From Methanotrichaceae archaeon (GTDB lineage: Archaea; Halobacteriota; Methanosarcinia; Methanotrichales; Methanotrichaceae), in NCBI GenBank assembly GCA_963748825.1, contig CAVVKN010000004.1, forward strand, positions 83,739 to 147,738: DNA of 64,000 nt. Reading direction: 5' to 3'. Position numbers and translations under genes: made by a program. Shown one piece after another: positions 38,318-47,585 of this stretch (within the stretch, counting starts at the first letter, position 1; each line of letters opens with the position of its first letter). The notes beneath the pieces are model-generated. The model saw nothing but the letters and a program-made list of their open reading frames with translations, did not search any database and was not told the origin of the DNA.

Positions 38318-39336
38318 GGATCTCCGATTACCCTTTTACTGAAATTGCTGCTGCCCTGGTGCGGTCAGCCGGCTATTCTTTAGAAAGCCTTCTTGGCAAA
38401 ACCTCTTTTAAGACGGTACGGGGCCGGGCCGCAGAAAGGGTGGCGGGAGCCATGAGTGGCACTATTTCGGAAAGCTCGGCCAATACGGATGCTGAGCTTT
38501 TGGCTGAGCTTCTCTCTTATCCTCTGGCCAGAGTCATGGTCTCGTGTCTAGGCGATTCCATTTTGCTGCGCCGCTATGCTCTGGCCGAGGCAAAGCTGGC
38601 CTATCGAAGGATGCAAAATGAGAAGGAAGGGCTGGCGACCATCGCAGACGACCTGGGGCTTCACCCCCAGGGACCGGGGCCCTACAAGATTCATTTTTCC
38701 GAGTATATTCGGGCGGCGCACAGCATGCACAGCCCTAAATGGAAGCTGACGAACAGGGATCTCTCAGAGGGCTACCTCACCATTACAGAAGAGGAGCTGA
38801 AACGAATCATGGAAGAAGCTGCCCGGGAGAAGATCTTAAAAGGGCTGCCTCTGCCCGTAGACGAGAAGATTTGCGCCACTCTCCAGGAATACCTGGGGCC
38901 GCTCAAAGAACAGCTAGATATTATAAGAGCCCGCGACAAGGTGGACCTCGGCAAGGTTGAGGAAGGGGCCTTTCCGCCCTGCATCAAGAAGATGCTCTCC
39001 GAGGTTGCCAAAGGCACCAACCTGGCCCACAGTGCGCGCTTTGCTCTGGTCAGTTTTCTTTTGCAGATCAATATGACCGCCGTTGAGATCGTATCACTCT
39101 TCAACACCAGCCCGGACTTTGATGAGGAGAGGACAAGATACCAGGTGGAGCACATCGCCGGGGCCTCCGGCACTCACTACAAGCCACCGGCCTGTGCCAC
39201 CATGGCCACCTACGGCAACTGTCCCGGCGAGGACGAGCTCTGCCGCAGGATAAGGCATCCCCTCAGCTACTATGAGCGACGGATGAGGACTTTCAAGCCC
39301 CTTCCGCCTGAGAAAGAGCAGAAACAAGGGACCTAA
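38314..39336 (+). CDS. priL: DNA primase large subunit
   Basis: YPF, FPPCI, H.ARF.L, PDFDEE.T.YQVEHI, Y.PP.C.TM...GNC....C..I.HPL.YY. Confidence 0.95.
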   Translation: MRISDYPFTEIAAALVRSAGYSLESLLGKTSFKTVRGRAAERVAGAMSGTISESSANTDAELLAELLSYPLARVMVSCLGDSILLRRYALAEAKLAYRRMQNEKEGLATIADDLGLHPQGPGPYKIHFSEYIRAAHSMHSPKWKLTNRDLSEGYLTITEEELKRIMEEAAREKILKGLPLPVDEKICATLQEYLGPLKEQLDIIRARDKVDLGKVEEGAFPPCIKKMLSEVAKGTNLAHSARFALVSFLLQINMTAVEIVSLFNTSPDFDEERTRYQVEHIAGASGTHYKPPACATMATYGNCPGEDELCRRIRHPLSYYERRMRTFKPLPPEKEQKQGT

Positions 39337-41060
39337 GCCGGGCATTCTCCAACATTCGTTGGCCTGGCCAGCAGTTTTATCTCATCATGCCCCAGGGGCT
39401 GAAAGCCCAGGCCCGCATCAATCGCAGCCTGCTTTTCTGCAAAGCCCACGTCCGCCCGTCCGGAGGCGACGGCGGCAGCCACAGCCGAATGCGTCCTGGC
39501 CGCCCGCACATACTTTGGATGAGAGAGGCCCAGGGCCAGAAGGTGTCGCTCAAATGCGGCATGCATGGCAGAGTCGCGCTGCCAGCCCACAATGCGCAGG
39601 CCGGCAAGGTCCGACAATGCACCAGCATCCCGGAAGACCAGGCCCAGCTCTCTTTTGAAGCTCCAGATCAGCTCCATTCCTTCCGCTGCCGCCTTCGGCC
39701 CGGAAACACAGGCCAGGTCAGCCACGCCGTCCTCCAGGTAGAGCCTGGCTCGCACCGAACCGGTGTTCAGAAGTCTGAGATTCCAGGGCAGGCTCTCGGC
39801 CAGATTTTCCAGCAGAATGCAGTTTTCGCCCGCCACCACCAGATCAGAAGGTTCCACCTCACGAAAGAGTTCCACCCCTACCTTCTCGCCCTTCTCCAGA
39901 AACTCCACGCCTGCCGGGATGTCTATAACCCCATCCGCCCCGGCCAGGGTGGTGATAGAGCCGCTGCCCTTGTCCACTGGATAGACCAGATCACCGGATA
40001 GGCCCACGGCCAGCATCTGGCGGCGGCCCTCCAAGCGCAGCGGCCCGGCCAGCCGTCCTGCCGCCCTTTTCCCCGTATGCTTTTGGCCTAAAGCGGCGCG
40101 AATGGCGGGAGCTGCCAGGCAGGAGAAGACGGTAAGCGCACTGGTAGGGTAGCCGGGCAGGCCCAGGCAGGGCTTGTCATCGATCTGGCCGAAGATGGTG
40201 GGCTTGCCGGGCTTGAGGTTCACGCCGTGAAATATCAGCTCGCCGATCTCGTCTATTACCTGAAATATCATGTCGCCCGCACCAGCGGAGGTGCTGCCGC
40301 TCACCAGGATCATGTCGCACTCTGTGGCCATCTTCTGCAACGCCTTGGCCATTGATCCCTTTTCATCGGGAAGGATGCCGTAGGGAACGGCACGAGCGCC
40401 GCAGTCGGCAACAGCCGCAGCAATGGTATAGGTGTTGATGTCGTAGATTTGGCCAGCAGCCAGAGGCTGGCCGGGAGGCACCAGCTCATTGCCGGTAGAG
40501 GCCACGCCCACCAACAGGCTGCGCACAGCCACATCCGTGCGACCCAAAGCTGCCAGAACCCCGATCTCGCGCGCGGCGAGCTTTGTGCCAGGAAAGAGCA
40601 AGGCTTCGCCAAAAGAGATGTCGCTTCCCGCCGCCTGCACGTTCTCGCTGCTGAAAACGGGCCTTCTGATCAGGACCCGATCTCCTTGGGCCTGACTGTA
40701 TTCAATCATGACAACCGCGTCTGAACCTGTCGGCATCATGGAGCCGGTGGACACCTCCGCAGCCTCACCCTGCGCTACGCGCAGAGAGGGGAGAACGCCC
40801 ATGGGCACGGTGCCTGCCAGCCGCAGGCAGACGGGCCGGTCCTCTCTGGCGGCCAAAGTGTCTTCGGCCAGCACAGCAAAACCGTCCATGGAGGCGCGAG
40901 AGAAGCCCGGCACGTCCAGAGAGGAGACGACCTTCTCGGCCAGGATGCGGCCCCTGACCTCGGACAGCGGCACAGCCTCCGTTGCCGTGCGGGGAAGGTG
41001 GCTCTGGACTATCGATTGGGCTTCCTCCAGGGAGATGAGGCTACGAAACTCCTTACGCAT
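39333..41060 (-). CDS. moeA: Molybdopterin molybdenumtransferase fused to a PBP-like domain
   Basis: Start at MRKEFR; SMDGFAV, TGS.MP.G.DAVVM.E, STGNEL, SGSTSAG, KPGKP, GLPGYP. Confidence 0.92.
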   Translation of the reverse strand: MRKEFRSLISLEEAQSIVQSHLPRTATEAVPLSEVRGRILAEKVVSSLDVPGFSRASMDGFAVLAEDTLAAREDRPVCLRLAGTVPMGVLPSLRVAQGEAAEVSTGSMMPTGSDAVVMIEYSQAQGDRVLIRRPVFSSENVQAAGSDISFGEALLFPGTKLAAREIGVLAALGRTDVAVRSLLVGVASTGNELVPPGQPLAAGQIYDINTYTIAAAVADCGARAVPYGILPDEKGSMAKALQKMATECDMILVSGSTSAGAGDMIFQVIDEIGELIFHGVNLKPGKPTIFGQIDDKPCLGLPGYPTSALTVFSCLAAPAIRAALGQKHTGKRAAGRLAGPLRLEGRRQMLAVGLSGDLVYPVDKGSGSITTLAGADGVIDIPAGVEFLEKGEKVGVELFREVEPSDLVVAGENCILLENLAESLPWNLRLLNTGSVRARLYLEDGVADLACVSGPKAAAEGMELIWSFKRELGLVFRDAGALSDLAGLRIVGWQRDSAMHAAFERHLLALGLSHPKYVRAARTHSAVAAAVASGRADVGFAEKQAAIDAGLGFQPLGHDEIKLLARPTNVGECPA

Positions 41061-41094
41061 GAGGCTCTTTTTTAGGTCCGAGAAGATATAAAAT

Positions 41095-42186
41095 CTACAG
41101 CCTCGCCGCCCTCTGCCGGAGAAGGTGATCGGCCAGCACCAGGGCCACCATGGCCTCGGCCACGGGCACAATTCTGGGAGGGATGGCCGGGTCGTGCCTG
41201 CCTTTAATCTCGATTTCTGTCGCCTCGCCTCGAGCAAGATCGACCGTATTCTGCCGCTTTGCAATGGAAGGCGTCGGCTTCACGGAAATGGTGCAGACGA
41301 TGGGCGCGCCCGTGGAGATGCCGCCCAAAATGCCTCCGGCATGGTTGCTCTCGAAATCAACCTTGCCCTCCTGCAAGAACCAGGGGATCGTTCATTTCGC
41401 TGCCCCGCATGCCGGCGCACTCGCAGCCCGCGCCTATCTCCACCGCCTTCACGGCGCCGATGCTCATGAGCGCCTTGGCCAGGTCGCCGTCCAGCTTGTC
41501 GAAGACCGGCTCGCCAAGACCGGCAGGCACGCCCGTCTGCGGTTATTACTACTACGCCGCCCAGGCTGTCGCCCTCCGCGCGCACGCTGTCCAGTCGCTC
41601 CAGCATCCTTTCCGCCGTAGCGGGATCAGGGCAGCGAACGGCATTGGACTCAGCCTGTGCCTTAAGCTGCATCAGATCTGAAGAAGCAATTTCTGCCTTT
41701 ATTCCGCCCAGCTCCGTAACATAAGCCACTATCACAATTCCCGCCTCGTGCCAGCAGCTTCTTGGCGACGGCTCCCGCGGCAACGCGGCCCACCGTCTCG
41801 CGCGCCGAGGCCCGCCCCCCTCCCCGATGGTCACGCAGGCCGTATTTCATCTGATAGGCATAATCAGCGTGCCCCGGCCTGGGTTTGTCGCGCAGGAGAT
41901 CGTAGGCCGAAGAGTCAGCATCCTTGTTCCAGACGAGCAGGGAGATGGGCGTGCCCGTGGTCTGCCCCTCGAAGATGCCGGATAAAATCTCCACGCGATC
42001 CTCTTCCTGCCGGGCTGTGGAGGCGCGGCTCTGGCCGGGACGCCTGCGGTCCAGCTCCTTCTGAATATCCTCCGCGGCCAGGGCCAGGCCGGCCGGACAG
42101 CCGTCCACGACCACGCCCACGGCTCGGCCGTGCGACTCGCCCCAGGTGGTGATGCGAAATATGGTGCCAAAGGTATTGCCGGACAT
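41095..42186 (-). pseudogene. aroC: Chorismate synthase interrupted by three +1 frameshifts (about 41748, 41533, 41383)
   Basis: [30 protein letters not shown]; DSLGG; [21 protein letters not shown]; [23 protein letters not shown] each in successive frames. Confidence 0.9.
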
Positions 42187-42217
42187 TATAGGAGGCCTCG
42201 CTTAAATTATGATACTA

Positions 42218-42571
42218 TTAGATCGCGATCATTTTTTCTGCGGAGTTATATTCTCGGTCCCATCTTTCCAAAAGTTCTACCGTGCAAAACGCCAAGAAGG
42301 TTTCGATTGTAGGCACGTGACCCGCGTATTCTTCGAAGGTTATGTCAGATATTTGCACACCTTCTGGGTCTTGATCATCAATAAAATCCTTAAAATCAGA
42401 AACAGGATCGTCATTGCCTTCGATCCTTACTATGAGATATCGCAAACCTTCAGAATATCGGATGCAAGAGAAGAACCTCTCGCAGCCTAATTCCATTGCT
42501 TTATAAAAAAGGAAGAATCTGTAATCCATCTCATCTACTTTGTCGCCGCCGATAACGGCTTGAAGCTTCAT
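42218..42571 (-). CDS. Acylphosphatase-like protein with degenerate catalytic loop
   Basis: MKLQAVIGGDKVDEMDYRFFL..A.ELG, V.IEG, F...I....P....V.I..I..E.Y.G pattern. Confidence 0.5.
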   Translation of the reverse strand: MKLQAVIGGDKVDEMDYRFFLFYKAMELGCERFFSCIRYSEGLRYLIVRIEGNDDPVSDFKDFIDDQDPEGVQISDITFEEYAGHVPTIETFLAFCTVELLERWDREYNSAEKMIAI

Positions 42572-42612
42572 ATTGGGATTATACGCGAACCTCATTAATA
42601 ACTTCTGTGATC

Positions 42613-43467
42613 TTATTGTCTCAGCGCCTTCGCAATCAGCGGTGCCACCGAGACCGTGCTCACGCCCTTGTCCAGTGTGTCCGTGGCCAGCACCGCCTCC
42701 ACTCCGGAGCGATAGAGCTTGAGGATAGCCGACCCGGTCAAGACGGGATGCACTGCCGCCAGATAGACACGACTTGCGCCCTGCTCGCGCAGAAGCGCTA
42801 TGGCTGTGGCCATGGTTCCGCCTGTAGCGATCATGTCATCGAAGATGACCACGTCCCTGCCCTTAACGGCCACCTCTTTAGGAGCCATGGAGACCTCGGT
42901 TCCGGAGAGGCGGGTCTTTTGCAGGTAATCGCAGTCGCAGCCAAGGCAGGCGGCTGCCGTCTTCGCCATGGCCACCGCCCCTTTGTCGGGAGAGATGACC
43001 ACGGTATCCTTCAGTCCCATGCTGCCGATCCTCTCGGCCAGCAGCACAGTCGCATCCAGATTCTCGATGGGGCACTGGAAATGGGCCATAATGGACGGAG
43101 CATGAATGTTGACCAGATGGACACTGCCGTTCTTTAAAAACGGATTCAAGGCCGTGGCCACCGCCCGGGCGGTCATGGGCTCTCCCGGTTTGAAGATCTT
43201 GTCCTGACGGGCGTAGCCGAAATAGGGTATTACCAATGATACATGGCGGCCCTGACAGACGTCCAGGAGCTGCAAGAGATAGACCAGATCTTGATCGGTG
43301 GGTGTAGACTGGATTATTACTATCTCATCATCTAGCTGGGTCACAATCTGAGAGTATGACTCACCATCGGGAAATGTCTTGTAATCGCAAAGTGCAAGAG
43401 TTTCATTTAAAGTTGTAGCCACCCGGCCAGCGAGAAGCTGGGAGGCAGGCCCTCCAATAATCATCAA
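42613..43467 (-). CDS. prs: Ribose-phosphate pyrophosphokinase
   Basis: FPDGE, PYFGYARQD, SPDKGA, DDMIATGGT. Confidence 0.96.
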   Translation of the reverse strand: MMIIGGPASQLLAGRVATTLNETLALCDYKTFPDGESYSQIVTQLDDEIVIIQSTPTDQDLVYLLQLLDVCQGRHVSLVIPYFGYARQDKIFKPGEPMTARAVATALNPFLKNGSVHLVNIHAPSIMAHFQCPIENLDATVLLAERIGSMGLKDTVVISPDKGAVAMAKTAAACLGCDCDYLQKTRLSGTEVSMAPKEVAVKGRDVVIFDDMIATGGTMATAIALLREQGASRVYLAAVHPVLTGSAILKLYRSGVEAVLATDTLDKGVSTVSVAPLIAKALRQ

Positions 43468-43476
43468 AAATCACCT

Positions 43477-44820
43477 TTAGCTTCCAACTACCTTCATTCT
43501 GAATTTGACGGTGGGCGTAACAATGGCACCAATGGCCCGCACGTCTCTGCCAATCTCGATATCCTTTAAGAGCTCGAAGAAATTTCCGGCCAGCATCAAA
43601 GAGCGGATGGGCTTCGCCTCTTCTCCCGGCGCGATAAAGAAGGCATTTTTTGCCTCCACAGAGAAGTCGCCGGAGATGGGATTGGCGGTATGAGCACCAA
43701 TGAGACCGTTTACCAGATAGCCTTTTGTCTCCGCCAGAAGATCCCGGGCATCAGGGGAGCTGACAATGATATTTCGATTTCCCACTCGGGGAACATCGGA
43801 GTATCCGGAGCGCACAGCATTACCCGTGGACGGTACGCCCTCCTTTCCGGCCGTGTAGCTGTCGTAGATATAGCCCTTTAAAATGCCCCCATCAATCAGG
43901 ACCGTCCTTTGGGAAGGCACACCCTCGCCATCAAAGGCCGAGGAGTCCATGCCGCCGGGAACAAGCCCATCATCCGCTATAACGAGGCTCTCGGATGAGA
44001 TCTTCTCGCCCACCCGTCCTCGAAGAGAGGAGCGACCCTTTTGCACATCGTCTGCAGCAAGAGCGGGAAGCAGGGTGTACTCGAGCAGCTCCGCCATCGC
44101 CAGGGGCCTCAAGAGCACATCAAAGGTTCCGCTCTCGGCCTTGACCCCACCCAAAGAGGAGCGGGCCATCTCCGCCGCGGCGCGGCCGACCTCCTCCAGC
44201 GAGGGCTGATAGCCTCGGGAGATGAAAAACTCGCTTCCTGTCGCCACATCCGCCGCCCTGGCAATGGTATCCATTGAGGCATGCATGAGAGTGGAGGTCT
44301 CCTGCAGCTCTATTCCCAGTGAGTTTATCACAAAACCGCTGCCGCAATTGCAGGCCACGCCGCCGGATACAGGCTCCGCTTCCTTTACAGTCCTGCAGCC
44401 GGAAAGCATGCTTTCTGCGATATCAAGGCACTCTTCAGGACCGATTCGCTCCAGTCGCGGATCGAAGATACCCTCCGGGCGCACCACCTTTTCAGGCAGG
44501 GGAAGAGAGCGCCAGGATTCATCCACGCCTCTGGCCCGAGCAGAGAGAACGGCGCTCTTGGCCACGAACTGCAGGAGCGACATGTCGCTTGTACTGGAAA
44601 AACCCACGCCGCCCGCTACCACAGCCCGAAGTCCCAGGCCGCGATGAAAGCTCTCGCTGGCCAGCTCTACTACATCCCTGCGTAGATCAATGTCTACAGA
44701 GCGGCCGATCATGCCATAGACCTCGGCCTGCTCTGCGCCCCCTTGCAGAGCTAAGGAGAGAAGCTTATGTCCTGCATCCAGGAGAGCGTCGATACTATCC
44801 GATGTATCTGAGATCTTCAT
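43477..44820 (-). CDS. TldD/PmbA-family protein
   Basis: GLGLR, GFSST, FDGEG.P, G.L..Y.YD.YTA, STGNA.R, SGDFS. Confidence 0.9.
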   Translation of the reverse strand: MKISDTSDSIDALLDAGHKLLSLALQGGAEQAEVYGMIGRSVDIDLRRDVVELASESFHRGLGLRAVVAGGVGFSSTSDMSLLQFVAKSAVLSARARGVDESWRSLPLPEKVVRPEGIFDPRLERIGPEECLDIAESMLSGCRTVKEAEPVSGGVACNCGSGFVINSLGIELQETSTLMHASMDTIARAADVATGSEFFISRGYQPSLEEVGRAAAEMARSSLGGVKAESGTFDVLLRPLAMAELLEYTLLPALAADDVQKGRSSLRGRVGEKISSESLVIADDGLVPGGMDSSAFDGEGVPSQRTVLIDGGILKGYIYDSYTAGKEGVPSTGNAVRSGYSDVPRVGNRNIIVSSPDARDLLAETKGYLVNGLIGAHTANPISGDFSVEAKNAFFIAPGEEAKPIRSLMLAGNFFELLKDIEIGRDVRAIGAIVTPTVKFRMKVVGS

Positions 44821-45568
44821 CCCCGCCGCCCGCCTCATAAGGAGCCTGGGCCCTCTCCATCTCCTGCAGCTTGCCGATGATCTTCTCCATCTCCTTGGCC
44901 CTCTCCTCCAAAGCCTGCATGCCCACTTCGATGCCCAGAATGGCAGAGAGAATGCGCAGAACCTCGGAAGCGGCTTTGGGATCGACCAGATAGCCGGAGG
45001 TCACCCCCATGAGACAGACGGCATCGATACCCCGCAGGGCTCCCATGCCTAACAGCAGTCCCGAGACGCCGATTATACCCCCGCCCGGCTCATTCTCTTG
45101 AAAGACGACCTCCTTTTGTTTCATCTCCTCCACAAGCTCGATACTCGTGGCCGCCCCCATGACCGTGGGCTTGTCCACGAACTGGCCTGTGCCGTAACCT
45201 CCCAGAGCATAGATCCTCTTTACATGGAAGCTCTGGGCGATGTCCAGGAAGATATCGCAAAGCTCGTAGTGGCCTTCGTTGGTGGCACTCTGATAGTCGC
45301 CTATGATGATAAGCAGATCCGGCTCATCGTTCTTGCCATGATAAGCATAGATCTCATTTCGGACCTGTTTGATGGTGCCGTCCTCTTTTACCATCACCTG
45401 GGGCGGAAAATGTGGCGAGTAGATCTCTATGATTTTCTCAGCCTTGAGCTCTTCCACCATGTGATCGGCTACTAGCTTTCCCACGTGGCCCACGCCCGGC
45501 AGCCCCTCAACTAAAATAGGGTCCTTAAGGGTTACTTCTTTGATACGGGAAACCAGGGTATCCTTCAT
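44795..45568 (-). CDS. PAC2-family proteasome assembly chaperone
   Basis: EGLPGVGHVGKL, FPPQV, GDYQ, LGGY, G.I.G.SGLL, CLMG.TSGY.VDP, DLRYIG C-terminus. Confidence 0.92.
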   Translation of the reverse strand: MKDTLVSRIKEVTLKDPILVEGLPGVGHVGKLVADHMVEELKAEKIIEIYSPHFPPQVMVKEDGTIKQVRNEIYAYHGKNDEPDLLIIIGDYQSATNEGHYELCDIFLDIAQSFHVKRIYALGGYGTGQFVDKPTVMGAATSIELVEEMKQKEVVFQENEPGGGIIGVSGLLLGMGALRGIDAVCLMGVTSGYLVDPKAASEVLRILSAILGIEVGMQALEERAKEMEKIIGKLQEMERAQAPYEAGGGDEDLRYIG

Positions 45569-45726
45569 TTTGCCTCCTGGCCGAGAGCTCTCCTGTACTT
45601 GCCATAAGGGTCGTCGGGAGAGAATCTGGCGGGCTTAGTAATAGCAGTATGGCCCCCACAGGCGGGGCAGATATCCGTCAGGGTGTAGCGGCCGCAGGCC
45701 GTACACCTCAGGATTTTGGATCTCAT
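45565..45726 (-). CDS. nop10: H/ACA RNP protein Nop10 (not in ORF track)
   Basis: Manual translation MRSKILRCTACGRYTLTDICPACGGHTAITKPARFSPDDPYGKYRRALGQEAK. Confidence 0.95.
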   Translation of the reverse strand: MRSKILRCTACGRYTLTDICPACGGHTAITKPARFSPDDPYGKYRRALGQEAK

Positions 45727-46496
45727 GCCTCTCTAAGGAAAGTGCCTTCCCCGCCGTGCTGTTCGATGTACTTCACGACAGCCTGAGCAGACTTCTTGAG
45801 AACAGACTCTGCATGCTTGTAGTCTGGCGCAGTTACATGAATACGATAGCGAGGCGCTCCGACATAAGTTATGGAGAGCGTAATATCTTTGTCTTTGCTG
45901 CGCTTGGCCTGTTTGAGGGCTTTGCGGATGACATCCACGCCGTCAGGAGCGGGAGAGGTGATGTCCACATAGCCGCTGATGTCGACGGACGGTATCTTGA
46001 CATTATCCTTGGAGAGGCTCTCCAGCATCTTCAGGTCTTCTTCCGTTAGGTCGACATCCTTCAGGGCATCGACTCCGCTGATCGCCGCCTCCTCCATGGC
46101 CAGATAGAGGCTGTCATAAGCTGCCACCAGAACATCAGCGACGCGCTTGACATCCTCGGGCCGATCCTTGTAAGCCATCTCCAGCCATTTCCAGGCTTTC
46201 TGGTCCGCCTTCCACTCCTGAATCTTCTCCCGGCGCTGATGCTCATTCACATCTTTAAGGGAGAGATCAATGTGGTGCCTGGACGTGTCTACATTCAATA
46301 CCTTGCAGACGATCTTCTGCCCCTCTCGCACGTGGTCGCGAATGTACTTGATCCATCCGCTGGCCACCTCCGAGATGTGAATCAGGCCCTGCTTACCGGA
46401 ATACTCGTCCATGGAGACGAAGGCTCCGAAGTCCACTACCTGAGTCACGGTGCAGACGACTAGAGATCCGAGCTCTGGCCAGCCCTCACGTTGCAT
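45723..46496 (-). CDS. eif2a: Translation initiation factor 2 alpha subunit
   Basis: WPE.G.LV, GAFV..DEY..G.IHISEV..GW, IDLSLK.V, YVGAPRY. Confidence 0.96.
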   Translation of the reverse strand: MQREGWPELGSLVVCTVTQVVDFGAFVSMDEYSGKQGLIHISEVASGWIKYIRDHVREGQKIVCKVLNVDTSRHHIDLSLKDVNEHQRREKIQEWKADQKAWKWLEMAYKDRPEDVKRVADVLVAAYDSLYLAMEEAAISGVDALKDVDLTEEDLKMLESLSKDNVKIPSVDISGYVDITSPAPDGVDVIRKALKQAKRSKDKDITLSITYVGAPRYRIHVTAPDYKHAESVLKKSAQAVVKYIEQHGGEGTFLREA

Positions 46497-46502
46497 TATA
46501 GA

Positions 46503-46670
46503 TCACTCTAAGACTTCTACTACGGTAGTCTTAATCTCAGCCTTGCCGCCCGTGGGCTCTGCAAGCGTGCGCCCGCAGACCAGGCATTTGACAACCGTAG
46601 AGGCATGAGCGAATATGACCTGCTCGTTCTCGCAGTCGTTGCACTTTACCTTGACGAACTTGGATGGCAA
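46503..46670 (-). CDS. rps27e: 30S ribosomal protein S27e (not in ORF track)
   Basis: TTG start; [36 protein letters not shown]. Confidence 0.95.
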   Translation of the reverse strand: MPSKFVKVKCNDCENEQVIFAHASTVVKCLVCGRTLAEPTGGKAEIKTTVVEVLE

Positions 46671-46672
46671 AT

Positions 46673-46954
46673 TTATCCCTCCACCAGATCGAACTTGCCG
46701 GCCCTAAAGCCTGCTCGGTTGTGAGCCTTCTTGCAAGTGTTGCAGCGGTAACGCAGGTTCAGCCTCTTGACGGGCTTGTCGCCGCCCGGCACTTTAGAGA
46801 ACTTGCCCTGATTTCCTATTCCATTGGCCCGCGCCTTCTGCCTCACGATATGAGTCATAGAGGAAGCACGGCCTTTTCTCACCCTCTCCACCGTCTGGGG
46901 GGTATGCTTTTTACAGAACGGACAGTAAGCGTTAAGCTTTTTTGGCATCTTCAC
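46673..46954 (-). CDS. rpl44e: 50S ribosomal protein L44e
   Basis: [30 protein letters not shown]. Confidence 0.96.
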   Translation of the reverse strand: MKMPKKLNAYCPFCKKHTPQTVERVRKGRASSMTHIVRQKARANGIGNQGKFSKVPGGDKPVKRLNLRYRCNTCKKAHNRAGFRAGKFDLVEG

Positions 46955-46960
46955 AACGCA

Positions 46961-47542
46961 TCATCTCTCAATCTTCACTTCAGAAGCTAATTTTTTGTTG
47001 CGCAGATTTCTGGCGTGAACGGCCGGGAGCACAGCCACATCATCCTTCCCGAGAAGGTAATTTCTCCCGTCAACTCCCACGAACAGAGGAACACTATCCA
47101 GCAACCGCACAATTTCGTATTCCCGAGCTATATCTTTCTTGCCCGTTAAAGGCCTTTCGGTGTGAGCCACATGGGCCAAGATGGCTTCGCGACCGGAGGC
47201 TATGGCAGAGAGCATCTGCCGGTAGATCTCCTCCTCCTCCCCGGTCATGCCCGGAAGGGCCTCTTCCCGAGAAGCGGAGCGGGCACTGCGTAGCGCCCGG
47301 CGGACGATCTTTTTCACCCTCTGGTCGATAAGCTTATTGACGCTGTTCTTCTCGCTCTTGAGGGTGTCTTGCAGAATCTGAGCCTCTACGCTGAAGGGGT
47401 CCCCTACCTGTGAGAGCTCCTGCCCCAGGCCGACAAGATAGACGCCTACCTGCTGGTAAAAGTCCTTATCCAGATGCTGAAGCTCTGCGGATTTGCGCTC
47501 CTCTCTAAGCGCATTGGCCAGATCCAATTCTTCCACCTTCAT
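46961..47542 (-). CDS. GINS subunit (Gins51/Gins15-type)
   Basis: ER....LQ.L..DFY, R..KI, T.EE..Y, F.GVDG..Y.L..DV..LP...A..L; position between priS and rpl44e. Confidence 0.85.
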   Translation of the reverse strand: MKVEELDLANALREERKSAELQHLDKDFYQQVGVYLVGLGQELSQVGDPFSVEAQILQDTLKSEKNSVNKLIDQRVKKIVRRALRSARSASREEALPGMTGEEEEIYRQMLSAIASGREAILAHVAHTERPLTGKKDIAREYEIVRLLDSVPLFVGVDGRNYLLGKDDVAVLPAVHARNLRNKKLASEVKIER

Positions 47543-47585
47543 GCCCCTGCGCGGGCCTGTTATCTTAGATCAAATAATATATAGA

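Noticed and set aside
41095-42186. Programmed frameshifting in aroC
   Set aside because: Three separate +1 shifts without slippery heptamers; error or decay is far more plausible.
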